Origin: Mobula hypostoma
Lineage: Eukaryota
Assembly: GCF_963921235.1 (NCBI RefSeq)
Contig: NC_086097.1
Span: 187,676,001 to 187,740,000 of the forward strand
Reading direction: 5' to 3'
DNA: 64,000 nt
Below the pieces are notes generated by a model. The model searched no databases. It worked only from the letters and a program-made list of their open reading frames with translations, and was not told the DNA's origin. The position numbers and the translations under genes were made by a program. Below are positions 23,085-36,594 of this stretch, in pieces (the stretch's first letter is position 1; each line of letters begins with the position of its first letter).

Positions 23085-24369
23085 GTAAGAATGAGTTTTA
23101 CAAATCTAGTTTGAAAAATTTGTTGAAGTGTCACGTGTTTAGAACTTACTATAACGGTTTAAAAACGGTTATAACTTATCTTGATGTTAAAGAAGATATC
23201 TTATGTCTGTTGGAGACACCACCATAACAAGAGGCTTGAACTTGTAGGTGATTTATAAATAATATTAGAACCTGATATTATGTATACGTTAGATGCTGAC
23301 ACTGTTAATTTAGGGACAATGCAAAAATAAAGACGAAATTCAACATGCAGGAGTTTCACTTGGGAGGGTACTGTAAATTAAGATGCATTATTGTGACATT
23401 TCTGTGAAAATTATATGTACTTATTCCAATCTGGAACCTTACAGAATTCACTTTACCATAGACTGAATAAGTTTAATTGTCTTATCAGAATAAGAATAAT
23501 GATGAAAAATGTATGGAAAGACTTCTGTAAATTATTGTGCATAATTATGTACACATAAATAAGAGAACACCAATTACTATAAATGTGAATTGGTATTATT
23601 TGCAGTAAGTCATGACAGAATCTAGTGAAACAAACAGTAAAATGAAAAATATGGAACCATTAAGGTGTCATTAGGCATATAATAAAATGAACTGGAGTGA
23701 GTTCTACTGTGTATACAGAGCAATTATATTCACCAAACAGCAGTGGAAAACAGTGAAAAGCAATGTCCTTAAGGAAAACTAGCTAGAAAAATCTGTTGAT
23801 TCCTGTGGTGCATAGTTTCCTTTCACAATGTTAACTACAATCGGGTGCCCATCAAGGAGGCCTCTATCATCCAGCAGAAGTGAGGTCACTGAGTAAGCTA
23901 GGGTACTGAGCACAATAAAGAATGTTCAAAGGTAGTTGACCAGGAATTGTGTTTAACTAACTTTTAAACATGTAAGCAATAGTGACATAAGCATTGAGTT
24001 ATATAGATGAGGGTAAGTGAGAAGTAGAGGCATCACTAATGACCGTTAAACCTCAGTCTGAACATAGAGAAGACCAAGGAATTCATGGTGGACTTCAGGA
24101 AGGTGCAGATGAACCATCCTTCTCTGTGAGTACAGTTGAGAGGATCATAGGGGTCTCCCTACCATCTACTGAGGACATTTATCAGAAGTGCTTTGTACAC
24201 AGGGTCCTTAGTCCTATTAAGGGTCCCACCCATCCATCCACCATCCTCTTTGAACACATTGGACAGGAGACTCTAATGCATGAAAACAGGAACGGTCAGG
24301 GTGGGAAACAAAATCAGCACAGGCACCTAGTACAGATAATGGCCTACCTTCATTGCCTTCCTACATGAA

Positions 24370-25043
24370 GTGGTGTCAAAAAGATCACTGCTTTTTAGTT
24401 TGACATTGGTCAGCTCAGATGAATAGCATAACACAGGTATACGCAACTGATGCTATTTAAAAAACAGTTCGCTCTAAGCACAGTGTAGTGTCTAACACCC
24501 ACACAAGTACATATGACTGATGCTAGTTAGAAACTGTTGCATCTTCCAAGTGTTCATTTTCATTGTAGTGTTCAAGATGATTGTCAGTACATTCAAATTT
24601 TTCATAGTTCCTAACATGCTGAAGTATTGAAATCATTTCATTTTCACTCCTGGCTATTTCTTGTATATCCAAGCCTGAATGCTTGAAACCACAGTGAGCA
24701 AAACCATTCTGAATTGTCTGATTGCTTATTTCTTGCAAACTACCAGTGACAAAATCACTGTGTTTTGAACACTGACACATGCAACTGAAACTATTTAAAA
24801 ATAGTTTGCTCTATGCATGGTATAGTGTCTAATAGCCACACAAGTGCACACAACTGACGCTAGTTAGAAATGGTTTGGTCTCCTGTTAGAAATGGTCTCC
24901 TGTTCCAATTAAATGGCATTGTGTCCCAAATAAACAAAGGGAATCCTGGCTATTTTATTGATTAGTTCTTGTTTTTTTTTAAGAGTTGCCCAAATAAACA
25001 GTGGCCCTGATTAATCAATGGTGCAATTAACCAGAATCCACTG
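24370..25043 (-). mobile_element. Second, truncated copy of the Tigger-like element at 562
   Basis: ORF 24523-24780 (TIQNGFAHCGFKHSGL...RSENE) matches ORF 812-1039; TIR caattaaccagaatccactg followed by TA. Confidence 0.8.
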
Positions 25044-25518
25044 TATTTAGATTTAGTTCCTAAATTTGCTCATTTCTCACCAACACCTTGTTAAGTTCTC
25101 TACCCCTTTTGGAACTATTCTGCCAAGATGCAAGCTCCCTGCACCACAACCTTACGACCTCAATGACTGTTCTGTTTTCATTCTTTCCTGGATCTTCTCA
25201 CAGCCTGAAAAGCACATACAATTATGGAGGAACTCAGCAGGTCACACAGTATCTATTAGAAGAAGCTGAACAGTCAATGTTTCAGACTGACACCTTCAAG
25301 ACCTCACACAGCAATTCCTTAATCTTTTTACTATAGTTTGTATAAAGTTTGCTTCAGTTAAATTTATTAAATGAAATATAACACCTTAAAGACTTCACAT
25401 ACGTCATTCAAATATTTATGTAGCCAGAATCTGACATAACTTCCTGATAATAACCCATTTGTATTCATAGCAATAGTTAATTATATATATATGTATAAAT
25501 AAATAGGCAAAACAATTA

Positions 25519-25650
25519 CAAACAACAGGAATTCAGCAGATGCTGGAAATTCAAGCACCGCACATAAAAGTTGCTGGTGAACGCAGCAGGCCAGGCAGCA
25601 TCTCTAGGAAGAGGTGCGGTCGACGTTTCAGGCCGAGACCCTTTGTCAGG
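25519..25650 (-). mobile_element. Penelope-derived single-arm unit with mutated hammerhead, 7-bp TSD
   Basis: Minus strand cCTGACAA-AGGGTCTCGGCCT-GAAA-CGTC-gaccg; acaatta duplicated at 25512-25518 and 25651-25657. Confidence 0.75.
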
Positions 25651-26579
25651 ACAATTATGTAGTTTCTTTCCTTTCCATTAACATGCGTTTTTCACATTGC
25701 TCACTTGAATGATATCCTATGCTGCACTGCGATCAATTTGCTCCTGCATGTATTTCAGATTTCTGCCCTCATCCACTCAAGCAGCAAGAACCTAGCACTT
25801 GTTGGGTAAACGCAAGGACTTTGAATTCTCCAACACAACAGCCTGACTCTCCTTACTTGCCTATCATGCAACCATGAATCAGAATCTGGTTTAATATTGC
25901 TGACTAATGCCATGAAATTTGTTAACTCTGTGGCGGCAGCACAATACTGTACATGATAATATAGGAAAAAATAAATAAGTAAATCAATTCCAAAAGCAGT
26001 TCCTGACCACTTACCAGATCTATACCATTGCCAAACCTAAGGAGCATGACTTGTCTCCAGACCAATACTTCCAGCTAACTCTCTCCATTCTTCAAGATTA
26101 AAGGTCAGTAATTATGAACAACAAACAATTTCTCAAGATGAAGACACTTTGATGCAAAACTAAATGCAGATGCATGTATAGTTGTGTGAGACTGTGATAC
26201 TCTGCACAAATGCCCACAGATTGGCATAGTGATTAAACCAGCAACAGCAGTGACATCCCTGCCCCTTTTAGTTGAATTAATTAAACTTCGAGCCTTTATT
26301 CAGTTTATATTACTTAAATAATTACCTATTCACAGATTGTCAAATTGGAGTTCTTCACTCACCACCTCAACTGTTTCTTTCAGTTGGTTTCAGTTTCATT
26401 CAGATCTGCCACACTCTTCTCGGGTTTTGCTCTTGGTATTGCCCCTTTTCTTTTAGCCATCTTCACTTCAAATGTAAACTAGGCCAGAACATCCCACTAT
26501 AAGAATTCATGGTCACAGTTGGCTAACTGTTAAACTTTCTAGGTGATCTTGAAATCTATGTGAAAGTACTGCTTCAAGT

Positions 26580-26935
26580 TCAAGTGTACAAGATAATGAG
26601 AGGCATTGATCGTGTGGATAGTCAGAGGCTTTTTCCCAGGGCTGAAATGGCTAGCAGAAAAGGGCATAGTTTTAAGGTGCTTGGAAGTAGGTACAGAGGA
26701 GATATCAGGGGTAAGTTTTTTTACGCAGAGAGTGGTGAGTGCGTGGAATGGGCTGCCGGCAGCGGCGGTGGAGGCGGAAACGATATGGTCTTTTAAGAGA
26801 CTCCTGCAGAGGTACATGGAGCTTAGAAAAATAGAGGGCTATGGGTAACCCTAGGTTGTTCTAAGGTAAGGACATGCTCGGCACAGCTTTGTGGGCCGAA
26901 GGGCCTGTATTGTGCTGTAGGTTTCCTATGTTTCC
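26580..26935 (+). mobile_element. CR1 LINE 3' fragment (family A)
   Basis: YKIMRGIDRVDSQRLFPRAE...; very similar to 5548-5968 and to the end of 27250-29790. Confidence 0.9.
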
Positions 26936-27249
26936 GTGTATTGTCATTCAACCATAGAAATGTATAGTGCCAAGCAAAACAATGTTCCTCCGGACTAAGG
27001 GGCACAACACAATACATATAGCTCATAAAGTAATTACCACAAGTAAATTAACAAATAATAAGGTGCATTTATGGCACAAGTTAGAATGTAAACAGTGTAA
27101 GGCTATTGGTGCTTCATACGTGATGAGAAAGGCGATGCCAAGGAGTTCAAGATCTCATAGCCTCTGGGAAGTAGATGTCTCCCATCCTAACAGTTCTTAT
27201 TCTACTGCTATTGTACCCACACCGGATGTTAGGGGGTCAAAAAAAATCC

Positions 27250-29790
27250 ATTCGCAACACCCCTGATAACACCCCTAGAGCGAGGGGTTTAGATGGGGTG
27301 GAATTTGTTAGGTGTGTTCAGGAAGGTTTCCTGACACAATATGTAGACAAGCCTACAAGAGCAGAGTCTGTACTTGATCTGGTATTGGGAAATGAATCTG
27401 GTCAGGTGTCAGGTCTCTCAGTGGGAGAGCATTTTGGAGATAGTGATCACAATTCTATCTCTGTTACTATAGCATTGGAGAGGGATAGGAACAGAAAAGC
27501 TAGGAAAGTGTTTAAATGGAGTAAGGGGAAATATGATGCTATCAGGCAGGATCTTGGAAGCATAAATTAGGAACGCATGTTCTCAGGGAAATGTACAGTA
27601 GAAATGTGGCAAATGTTCAGGCGATATTTGCGTGACACCTCCGACTTTGCACTGGCTACTACCCTCAACCAGGCAGGAAGACCAGTGGCATTCTTCTCCC
27701 GTACTCTTCAAGGCCCTGAACTTCGGCACTCCGCAGTGGAGAAAGAGGCCCAGGCCATAGTGGAAGCTATTAGGCACTGGAGGCACTATTTCAGCAGCAA
27801 AAGGTTCACCCTGCTAACTGAGACGGAAAGGATGGTAGGGTATAGGAAGGGTATAGGGTGATGTACAAAGGCTGTTGAAAATCAGGTAAGAAGAAAAGAA
27901 AAGCTTACAAAAGGTTCAATAAACGAGGTAATGATAGAGATCTTGAGGATTATAAGGCTAGCAGGAAGGAGCTTAAGAATGAAATTAGGAGAGCCAGAAA
28001 GGGCCATGAGAAGGCCTTGGCGAGCAGGATTAAGGAAAACTACAAGTATGTGAAAAGCAAGAGGGTAAGATGTAAGAGAATAGGACCAATCAAGTGTGAC
28101 AGTAGAAAAGTGTGTATGGAACCGGAGGAGGTAGCAGAGGTACTTAATGAATACTTTGCATCGGTATTCACTACGGAAAAGGACCTTGGCGATTGTAGGG
28201 ATAACTTACAGTGGACTGAAAAGCTTGAGCATATCGACATTAAGAAAGAGGATGTGCTGGAGCTTTTGGAAAGCATCAAGTTGGATAAGTCACTGGGACT
28301 GGGACCAGGCTACTGTGGGAAATGAGGAAGGAGATTGCTGAGCCTCTGGATGACTGGAGGGTTGCAGATGTTGTTCCCTTATTCAGGAAAGGGAGTAGAG
28401 ATCGCCCAGGAAATTATAGACCAGTGAGTCTTACTTCAGTGCTTGCTAAGTTGATAAAGAAGATCCTGAGAGGCAGGAGTTATGACCATTTAGAGAGACA
28501 TAATATGATTAGAAATAGTCAGCATGGCTTTGTCGAAGGCAGTTCATGCCTTACGAGCCTGATTGAATTTTCTGAGGATGTGACTAAACACATTGATGAA
28601 GGTAGAGCAGTAGATGTAATGTATATGGATTTCAGCAAGGCATTTGATAAGGTACCCCATGCAAGGCTTATTGAGAAAGTAAGGAGGCAAGGGATCCAAG
28701 GGGACATTGCTCTATGGATCCAGAACTAGCTTGCCCACAGAAGGCAAAGAGTGGTTGTAAACAGGTCATATTCTGCGTGGAGATTGGTGACCAGTGGTGT
28801 GCCTCAGGGATCTGTTCTGGGACCCCTTCTCTTCGTAATTTTTATAAATGACCTTGATGAGGAAGTGGAGGGATGGGTTAGTAAATTTGCTGATGACACA
28901 AAGGTTGGGGGTGTTGTGGATAGTGTGGAGGGCTGTCAGAGATTACAGCGGGACATCAGTAGGATGCAAAACTAGGCTGAGAAGTGGCAGATGGATTTCA
29001 ACCCAGCTAAGTGTGAGGTTGTTCATTTTGGTAGGTCAAATATGATGGCAGAATATAGTATTAATGGTAAGACTCTTGGCAGTGTGAAGGATCAGAGGGA
29101 TCTTGGGATCCAAGTCCATAGGACACTCAAAGCAGCTGCACAGGTTGGCTCTGTGGTTAAGAAGGCATACAGTGCATTGGCCTTCATCAACTGTGGGATT
29201 GTGTTCAAGAGCCAAGAGGTAATGTTACAGCTATATAGGACCCTGATCAGACCCACTTGGAGTACTGTGCTCAGTTCTGGTCACCTCATTACAGGAAGGA
29301 TATGGAAACTATAGAAAGGGTGCAGAGGAGATTTACAAGGATGTTGCCTGGATTGGCAAGCATGCCTTATGAGAATAGGTTGAATGAACTTGGCCTTTTC
29401 TCCTTGGAGCAATGGAGGATAAGAGGTGACCTGATGGAGGTGTATAAGATGATGAGGGGCATTGGTAGTCAGAGGCTTTTTCCCAGGGCTGAAATGGCTA
29501 ACACAAGAGGACACAGTTTTAAGGTGCTTGGAAGTAGGTACAGAGGAGATGTCAGAGGTAAGTTTTTTTACGCAGAGAGTGGTGAGTGCGGGGAATGGGC
29601 TGCCGGCGACAGTGGTTGGAGTCGGATACAATAGGGTCTTTTAAGAGACTCTTGGACAGGTACATAGAGCTTAGAAAAATAGAGGGCTCTGGGTAACCCG
29701 AGGTAATTTGTAAAGTAAATACATGTTCGGCACAGCATCGTGGGCCAAATGGCCTGTATTGTGCTGTAGGTTTTTATGTTTCTATTTCTA
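27250..29790 (+). mobile_element. CR1 LINE (family A) ORF2 pseudogene, inserted into a minus-strand Rex-like relic
   Basis: Endonuclease end (PTR..LDLVL..SDHN), RT motifs [31 protein letters not shown] and FADDT; multiple stops and frameshifts. Confidence 0.95.
27637..27818 (+). mobile_element. Ty3/Gypsy RNase H coding fragment embedded in CR1 ORF2
   Basis: DTSDFALATTLNQAGRPVAFFSRTLQGPELRHSAVEKEAQAIVEAIRHWRHYF..KRFTLLT fits the LTR-retrotransposon RNase H pattern; absent from the sister CR1 copy near 59020. Confidence 0.85.
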
Positions 29791-32089
29791 TATTTATAAA
29801 TATCTTTGATGGATGGAAGAGAGACCTCGATGATCCTCTCAGCAATCCTTGCAATTCTTTGGAGGGACTTGTGATCAGATGCCTTGCAGACGGTGATGCT
29901 CTGCTGGTCAGGACAGTCTCAATGGTTCTCCTAGAGAAATTGGTCAGACTTGCTCACCTCAATCTCCTCAGGACATGGAAATGCTGCTGTGCTTTCTTGA
30001 CAAAAGATGTGGTGTTGAGGGTCCAGGTGAGATCGTCTATTATGAGCACTCCCAGAAAGTTGGTGCTCCTGACTCTGTACGGAGAAGCCATTTATACGCA
30101 GTGAGTAATGATCACCCTGCGCCATCCTGAAGTCCACAATTATCTCTTGGATATTACCCACATTGAGACTCAAGTTGTTGTGCTCACACCATCCTACCAG
30201 CCGCTATACCTCCTAGCTCTATGCTGTGCTTATACTCCTTTGGTAAACTACCAGGGAGAGCTTCCTTGTACTAGAGAGCTTCAACTGTAATTTGTCTTCT
30301 GTAAGGAATTCATTTTCAAAATGTGATTATAAAAATCTGCACCTTGTATTCAAGTTGAAAAATTTTTGTACTAAGACAGATTTAGACATGAGCTTTTTGA
30401 GTTATGAGTTATTAGAACTTCTGAAGGATTGGTAACTGAATATTGCTGTATTATAGTGTACATGAAATAATGCATTGTTTCACTCTGTTTGTGGGACTTT
30501 GAGCAGGTTATAATGGGCACACAAACAAAGAATCATTTCTATTGCATGTGGAGCAGGGCCGCAGACCTGTGCAGTTAATGATGTTAAGTGGCTGGAATTT
30601 TGCTAATGGTGCAGCAAAGTGTTTAAGTTGCTGGCTCTTTTTATTTTCTGTGTGACTTGCACAAATAAGCACATAAACAAATCTACCTCGAAGGTTTTTA
30701 GTTCCCAAAGTCTGAGAAAAAGGACTCCTATGGTGCCCATTATTCACTAAGCTGATTGCTTGAGTACTCCTTGCATGTTTAATGAATCATATTAGCAACT
30801 CTATTATTACCTAATTTCTAGGCTAGTTAGTCAGTCTTTTTGGATTCTGAGATAGCAGATCGTGACTTTGAGAAATGCAGTGGGAATTATTACACTGCAG
30901 AACAGTAAATGTAATTCGAGCTGAGATTGAAATTTAATTGATTTTATGTGATGATTTTTTTTTAAATGCATGATTTGGGATTGTATGTAAGAAGAACATT
31001 GTTGAATACACATTAATTATTACACTGAAATGGGAAAAGTGAGTAGTTATTATTTATGAAAACAAGTAGATAGTCTTCCATCTCCATCCTGATGTCTTGG
31101 ATTTTTTTGCCCTTTCTCGCTAAAACAGCTAATAGCTATCCCTCCAATGCCTGATGTATACAAACCCTGGCATGTAGTTCTACAAGATTTCTGTGCATTA
31201 CACTTTGGGACTCAGGAAAGAACTTGGAGGCGGCAGGTTAAGTTTATGGTGCTGGCACTCAACAGCCTAAATTCCAGTAGGTGTCTGCCATGTGGGATTT
31301 AAACCTGCTTGGAAAATCGAATGCACTTGTAACAAAAGATAGAGGTGAGCTTTATCGAAGAGACTATGTGATTTTATATTTTGTTGGCATTTGTGAATGA
31401 GGTTCTCATAACCAATTCTCTGGTCAGTATCATTGCATTGCTGCCAAAAATGAACAGTAATCTTTTTTTCAATTATAGACCACATCAGTTTGGTTGCTGA
31501 AATGCAAAATTCAGAATTGTTCAGGAAGTCACATTGCTGATGGAATTAGTGCCTGCACAGCTGAAGCCTATTGAAATATACACAGAAGGCTGGCATGAAG
31601 CAACAAATAATCTGTAGGAGGAACTCAGTGGGTTGAGCAGCATTCTATGCAGGATAATGAATTGTTGAGGTTTCGGGTTGAAACCCTGAAACATTCTGAT
31701 GCAGGCTTTTGATCTGAAATGTAGATATTTCTTTTCCTTTCACAGATGCTGATGGAAACTGATTTAGTTGCCATTAGACTCTGCATTATGTTTGCATTTT
31801 CAAGCATGTAACACATCTGCACCAATAGTGATGGCCTGTGAGCTCTGCCCAAAGCCAGAGTACAGCTATAACTATACACGTCCGTGCTCCGAGACACTGC
31901 ACATAGATCTTGGTAGGCATGAAAATGTACCAAACATACTATGTCCATACCATTCAGCTTCCTCCTGTTGGCTACCCTTCAAAGTTCTCATCAGAGTTCA
32001 CTGATACAGTACTTAGGTGTGACTTTACTATGTGACATGCCAAAACCTACCCTACCTTCTAGCCTGCTGTTGGATACAGACCAGAAGTG

Positions 32090-32847
32090 CCTAACGATTT
32101 GCTGATGATACTACATTGATTGGCCTTATCTCAAATAATAATGAGGCAGTCAACAGAGAAGAGACAGTGGTGTCAAGAGAATAACCTCTCCTTCAATGTC
32201 ACAAAAACAAAGGAGCTGATGTGGATTACAGGAGGAATGGAGACACACTAGCTCCAACTGACATCAATATATCTGGGGTTGAGAGGGTGAACAGCTTTAA
32301 GTTCCTCAGCATTCACATCACTGAGGATCTCACATAGTCTGTACATACCGGCTGTGTGTTGAAAAAGGAACAATAGCACTTCTTTCACCTCAGACGTTTG
32401 AAGAGGCTGCATCGCTGTCTGGTATGGGAACTATACTCCCCCTTTAATTGCTGAACCCTGCAGGGAGTTGTGCGGACAGTCCAGTGCAGCTGTAGTTGTG
32501 AACTTCCCACAATTCAGGACACTTACAGGTGTGTCAAAAGGGCCCAAAGGATCATTGGGGATCCGAGTCACCCAACCACAAACTGTTCCACCTGCTACCA
32601 TCTGGGAAATATTACCTCAGCATAAAAGCCGGGACCAACAGGCTCTGGGACAGCTTCTTCCACCAGGCCATCAGACTGATTAATTCATGCTGATACAATT
32701 GTATTTCTATGTTATATTGCCTGCCCTGTTGTATTTATTATAAATTACTATAAATTGCACATTGCACATTTAGACGGAGACATAACGCAAAGATTTTTAC
32801 TCCTCATGTCTATGAAGGATATAAGTAATAAAGTCAATTCAATTCAA
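32090..32847 (+). mobile_element. Rex1/Babar-like LINE 3' fragment
   Basis: FADDTTLIGLIS remnant at about 32098, KTKEL.VDYR remnant, tail aataaagtcaattcaattcaa. Confidence 0.8.
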
Positions 32848-33644
32848 TGTGAAGAAGTTGCTGTTGTACCTATCTATATGCCAATGAAGTTACTGCAAGC
32901 AATATTTTCATTGTACCTGTACCTCGCCATACATATGCAGGTGACAATAAACTTGACTTATTCTAACCTCTAAATTATGTACAGTGTCACTATAGGGGCT
33001 GGTGGGTGCAAATGTTACGCTGAGTAAGAAAGTGTCTGTGTCTTCATGCTCTTGCACTTCTCCAGAGCCAGTTGGCTGCTTGTGATTTTCTGAATACTCT
33101 ATGGTGGAATTGTGGAGAGAGAGAAGAAGCAGGTAAGAGATTCATGCTTACTCATCCGCAGTTTGTAACTCAGAAAGGGTTGTGGAATGAGGAGAAAGTG
33201 GTACATGAGAAGGAGGTGGGCTTTGAAGATATTGTTGTATTTCAAGATTTCAGTCCCACAAAGTTATTTCCAATATTCATAGTTATCCGGGTTAGTTTCC
33301 ACTGCAGAATAGTTGTTAACTTCTGCTGTCACCGCAGTGACCCTTACTATTAAAGAATGGAAGCTGGCACTAAACAATGTAAATTGGCTTTCAATGGCAT
33401 AATACTTGGCTGTTTGCTGAGGATAGACAGTGAAAGGCAAGGTTAGCTTTATCTAAATACAGTTCATGTGATAATTAAACAGTGAAGACAGAGCTGATAT
33501 GCTGCCTGTCTATGAAGCAAAGAGTAATTGTTAATTGCACTTCATGCTTTCTATATCTATTCTGCTGAGCTAACAAATTTAGGAAGTCTTAAAGTATTTT
33601 AGTACCTAACTAGTGTGAGACCCAGGAGTAATACTAATCAACAT

Positions 33645-34087
33645 AATACTCACAAAATGCTGGAGGGTCTTAGCAGTCAGGCAGCATCTATGGAGGGAAA
33701 TGAACACTTGACGTTTTGGGCCAAGACCCTTTATCAGGAATCTAATAGGAAAGACGTTATCTTCCTCTGTTCCCAGCTTCCTTCCCTTTAATCCATGGTT
33801 CACTGTTCTCTCCTTTCAGATTCTTTCTTTTTCAGCCCTCTAGCTCTTCCACATTCTCTTCCCAGCTTCTCACTTCATCCTCCTTCCCCCACCCACCCAT
33901 CTTCCCCCTCACCTCGTCTCACCTATCACAATCCAGCATGTACTCCCAATCTCTCCCCACCCCCACCCACCTTCCTATTCTGACTTCTGCTCCCTTCCTT
34001 TTGATAAAGGCACAAAATGTCAACTGCTTACTCCCCTCTATAGGTGCTGCCTGACCCGTTGAGTTTCTCCAGCAGTTTGTGTGTCGT
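33645..34087 (+). mobile_element. Penelope-like relic: inverted 5' arm plus 3' UTR
   Basis: cacaaaatgctggaggg...ttatcagg (inverted arm), pyrimidine-rich UTR, then ...gagtttctccagcagtttgtgtgt. Confidence 0.7.
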
Positions 34088-35954
34088 CTTCAATGAAGAG
34101 AGATACTGTGGGGGGAAAGAAAAGTTATCTCTCTATATCATCAGAAAGAAGAGATTCAGAAGATGTTGCAAAACCATATGTATAAGTTAGCCAAAGCAAA
34201 GCACACAAAGGAAAGTCTTGTTATGAAAACATGTGTAAATGGCAAAAGAAATGCGAGTGCTTTGAAAGAAAAGTGATAAATATTATTGTGTAGGATTGAA
34301 AATGTTTTCCATAAATTGCATCCTAGAGACAACAGAGTCACTTAAATGGCCTAAATGCATCAGAATCATACAATTGTAATTATACAGAATCTATTTAGAA
34401 AACCACAGATTTCTGTTTCACAGTATGTTTACCCATTTTGGAGAAGGAATGAAGGAACTTGATGAAGGTATAATCTGTCTGAATACAAGCAGGATAAAGA
34501 ATTAACTCTTCATAATTATTCTGAATTAATATGTATTTTAGATGGTAATAATAATAACATCAATATGATTAGCAATACTAGCCACACCTACTTCATATGA
34601 AATATTACCATCCAACAATCACACTCAGTTTATCAGTAGATTTAAACTGTAGTAAAGGAATAAGAAAAGTAAACTAAAAGTAAATTCAGTTTATCTAAAG
34701 TGAACTACATAATTTGCTGGACATCTCACATAAAGTTGAAAGTGCTAGAAATATTCAGCTAGAATGTAGGGAAAGAGATTTAACATTTCAGGTTAACAAT
34801 CTTTCATCAGAAAGATCTAATGATTGACTTGAAGTATTAACTCTGCTTTAATAAAGTTACCTAAACTCAGTTTGAGGCTTTCCACTAATTATTTACATTG
34901 AATGAAGTAAGAACAGGGTTCAGCTGTAAGATACAGTTTGGTGATCTTACAACTTCATTCAGAAGGAAAATCTACACTAGTTTTAAGACCTATTCTCTTG
35001 ATGCAGGATCTTGGAAATGTTAACTATTTCTCTTTTCACAGATTTTCTCTGATCTTCTGCATGTTCCGGTACTTTCTATTTTAATTTCATACTTCTAGCC
35101 TCTTCTGTTTTTTTCATTTTTAGTTACTCTTTCTAAGAGTATGGAGATGGGCATGTGAATGGCTAGTTTAAGTTACTGATTGAATAATTTTGAAATAGCT
35201 TTTAAAATCAATTAATATTTGTTTGGGCACATTTCATATTAGCTTTGAAAAAAATAGCATTGCTTATCTTTGAGAGCAGAAATATGTTTTGTTTTTCAGT
35301 CTATGGCAGGGTCTTATACAGTTCAATGATCTTAAAATTAGACAATGTTAACTTAAAGAGTTTTTAAGACAGGAATAGATCATTCAACCTAGTTGATCTT
35401 TGCCAGTACATTTGATATAACCAACTTACTGTCATCTTACTTCACAAAGATGCTTCATTTAATTTGCAATTCACATTACGACATAAAGCTATGCTCAAAC
35501 ATCTGTCTTCCAGCTTATCATATAGCTCATCATTTCCCACAGGAAGTCAAAACTGAGCCCAGCAATCTCTCTTTATGCGGTTTTACTGCCTGATATTTAA
35601 ACATTTTATTTGGGGATTACTATAGCAATTTCACAGAGTTTATCTCAGTTGCACTGGAGAATCAATGCAGAGGATTATTCTTTGATTGCATGAAGATTAT
35701 AGTTTTTCTACAGTGTAGAAAAGAATAGAGACAAGTAAAATTGATTTTTAAGCAATATAACATATGCAGTTTACAGAGTTTTTCAGAGATGAATTGACTT
35801 TTATTATTAAATTGCTTTGGGACTTGGTCCCCTTTCAATAGCTCCAATTCTTAAGTTACTGAATTCCGAACTGCCAATGCCAGGGCCAGGCCCAGGCCCA
35901 ATGCAAACTGAAAGAACATCTGATATTCCACTTGAGTAGTCTACAATCTAATAA

Positions 35955-36590
35955 AAGTTCAAAGTAAATTTATTATCTAAGTACATATACGTTACAATAT
36001 ACAACCATGAGATTCATTTTCTTGTGGGCATTCACAATAAATACAAAGAAACACAATAGTATTAAGGCTGCTGTAGCTCCTTCCTGGGGTGCAGTGAGAA
36101 GAGAGCATGGCTTTGATGGTGGATGCAGCTTTCCTGCATCAGCACTCTTTGTAAATATGCTCAATGGAGAAACTGTGATGGACTGGCCTGTATCCATTGC
36201 TTTTTGTAGGTTTTCTGTTCAAGGACATTTGTGTTACCATACCAGGCCATGATGCATCTAGTCAGTATACTCTCTGCTGTGCATTAATACAGGTTTGTCA
36301 GAGTTTTACATGAAAAGTTGAAGCTGCGCAAATGCCTAAGAAAATAGAGGGGTCTGTGTGCCTTCTTTGTAATGGCAGTCATATACTGGACCCAAGGCAG
36401 GTCCTCTGAAATGATAACTCCGAGGAATTTAAAGTTTTTGACCTTCTCCACCTCTGATCCCCTGTTGAGGACTGGCTCAAGGACCTCTGGTTTCCTCCTC
36501 CTGAAATCAATAATCAGCTCGTTGGTCATGCTAACATTGTGTGGGAGGGTATTGTTGTGGCACTACCCAGCTAGATTTTCAATCTCCCTT
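35955..36590 (-). mobile_element. Rex1/Babar-like LINE 3' fragment
   Basis: ORF 36284-36529 ELIIDFRRRKP...NFKFLGVIISEDL.W...KKAHRPLYFLR; shared tail. Confidence 0.85.
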
Positions 36591-36594
36591 CTAT

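Noticed and set aside
22802..23227. 141-aa ORF as a stand-alone protein
   Set aside because: It is MMP16 exon 4 read through the GT donor at 23085 into intron sequence.
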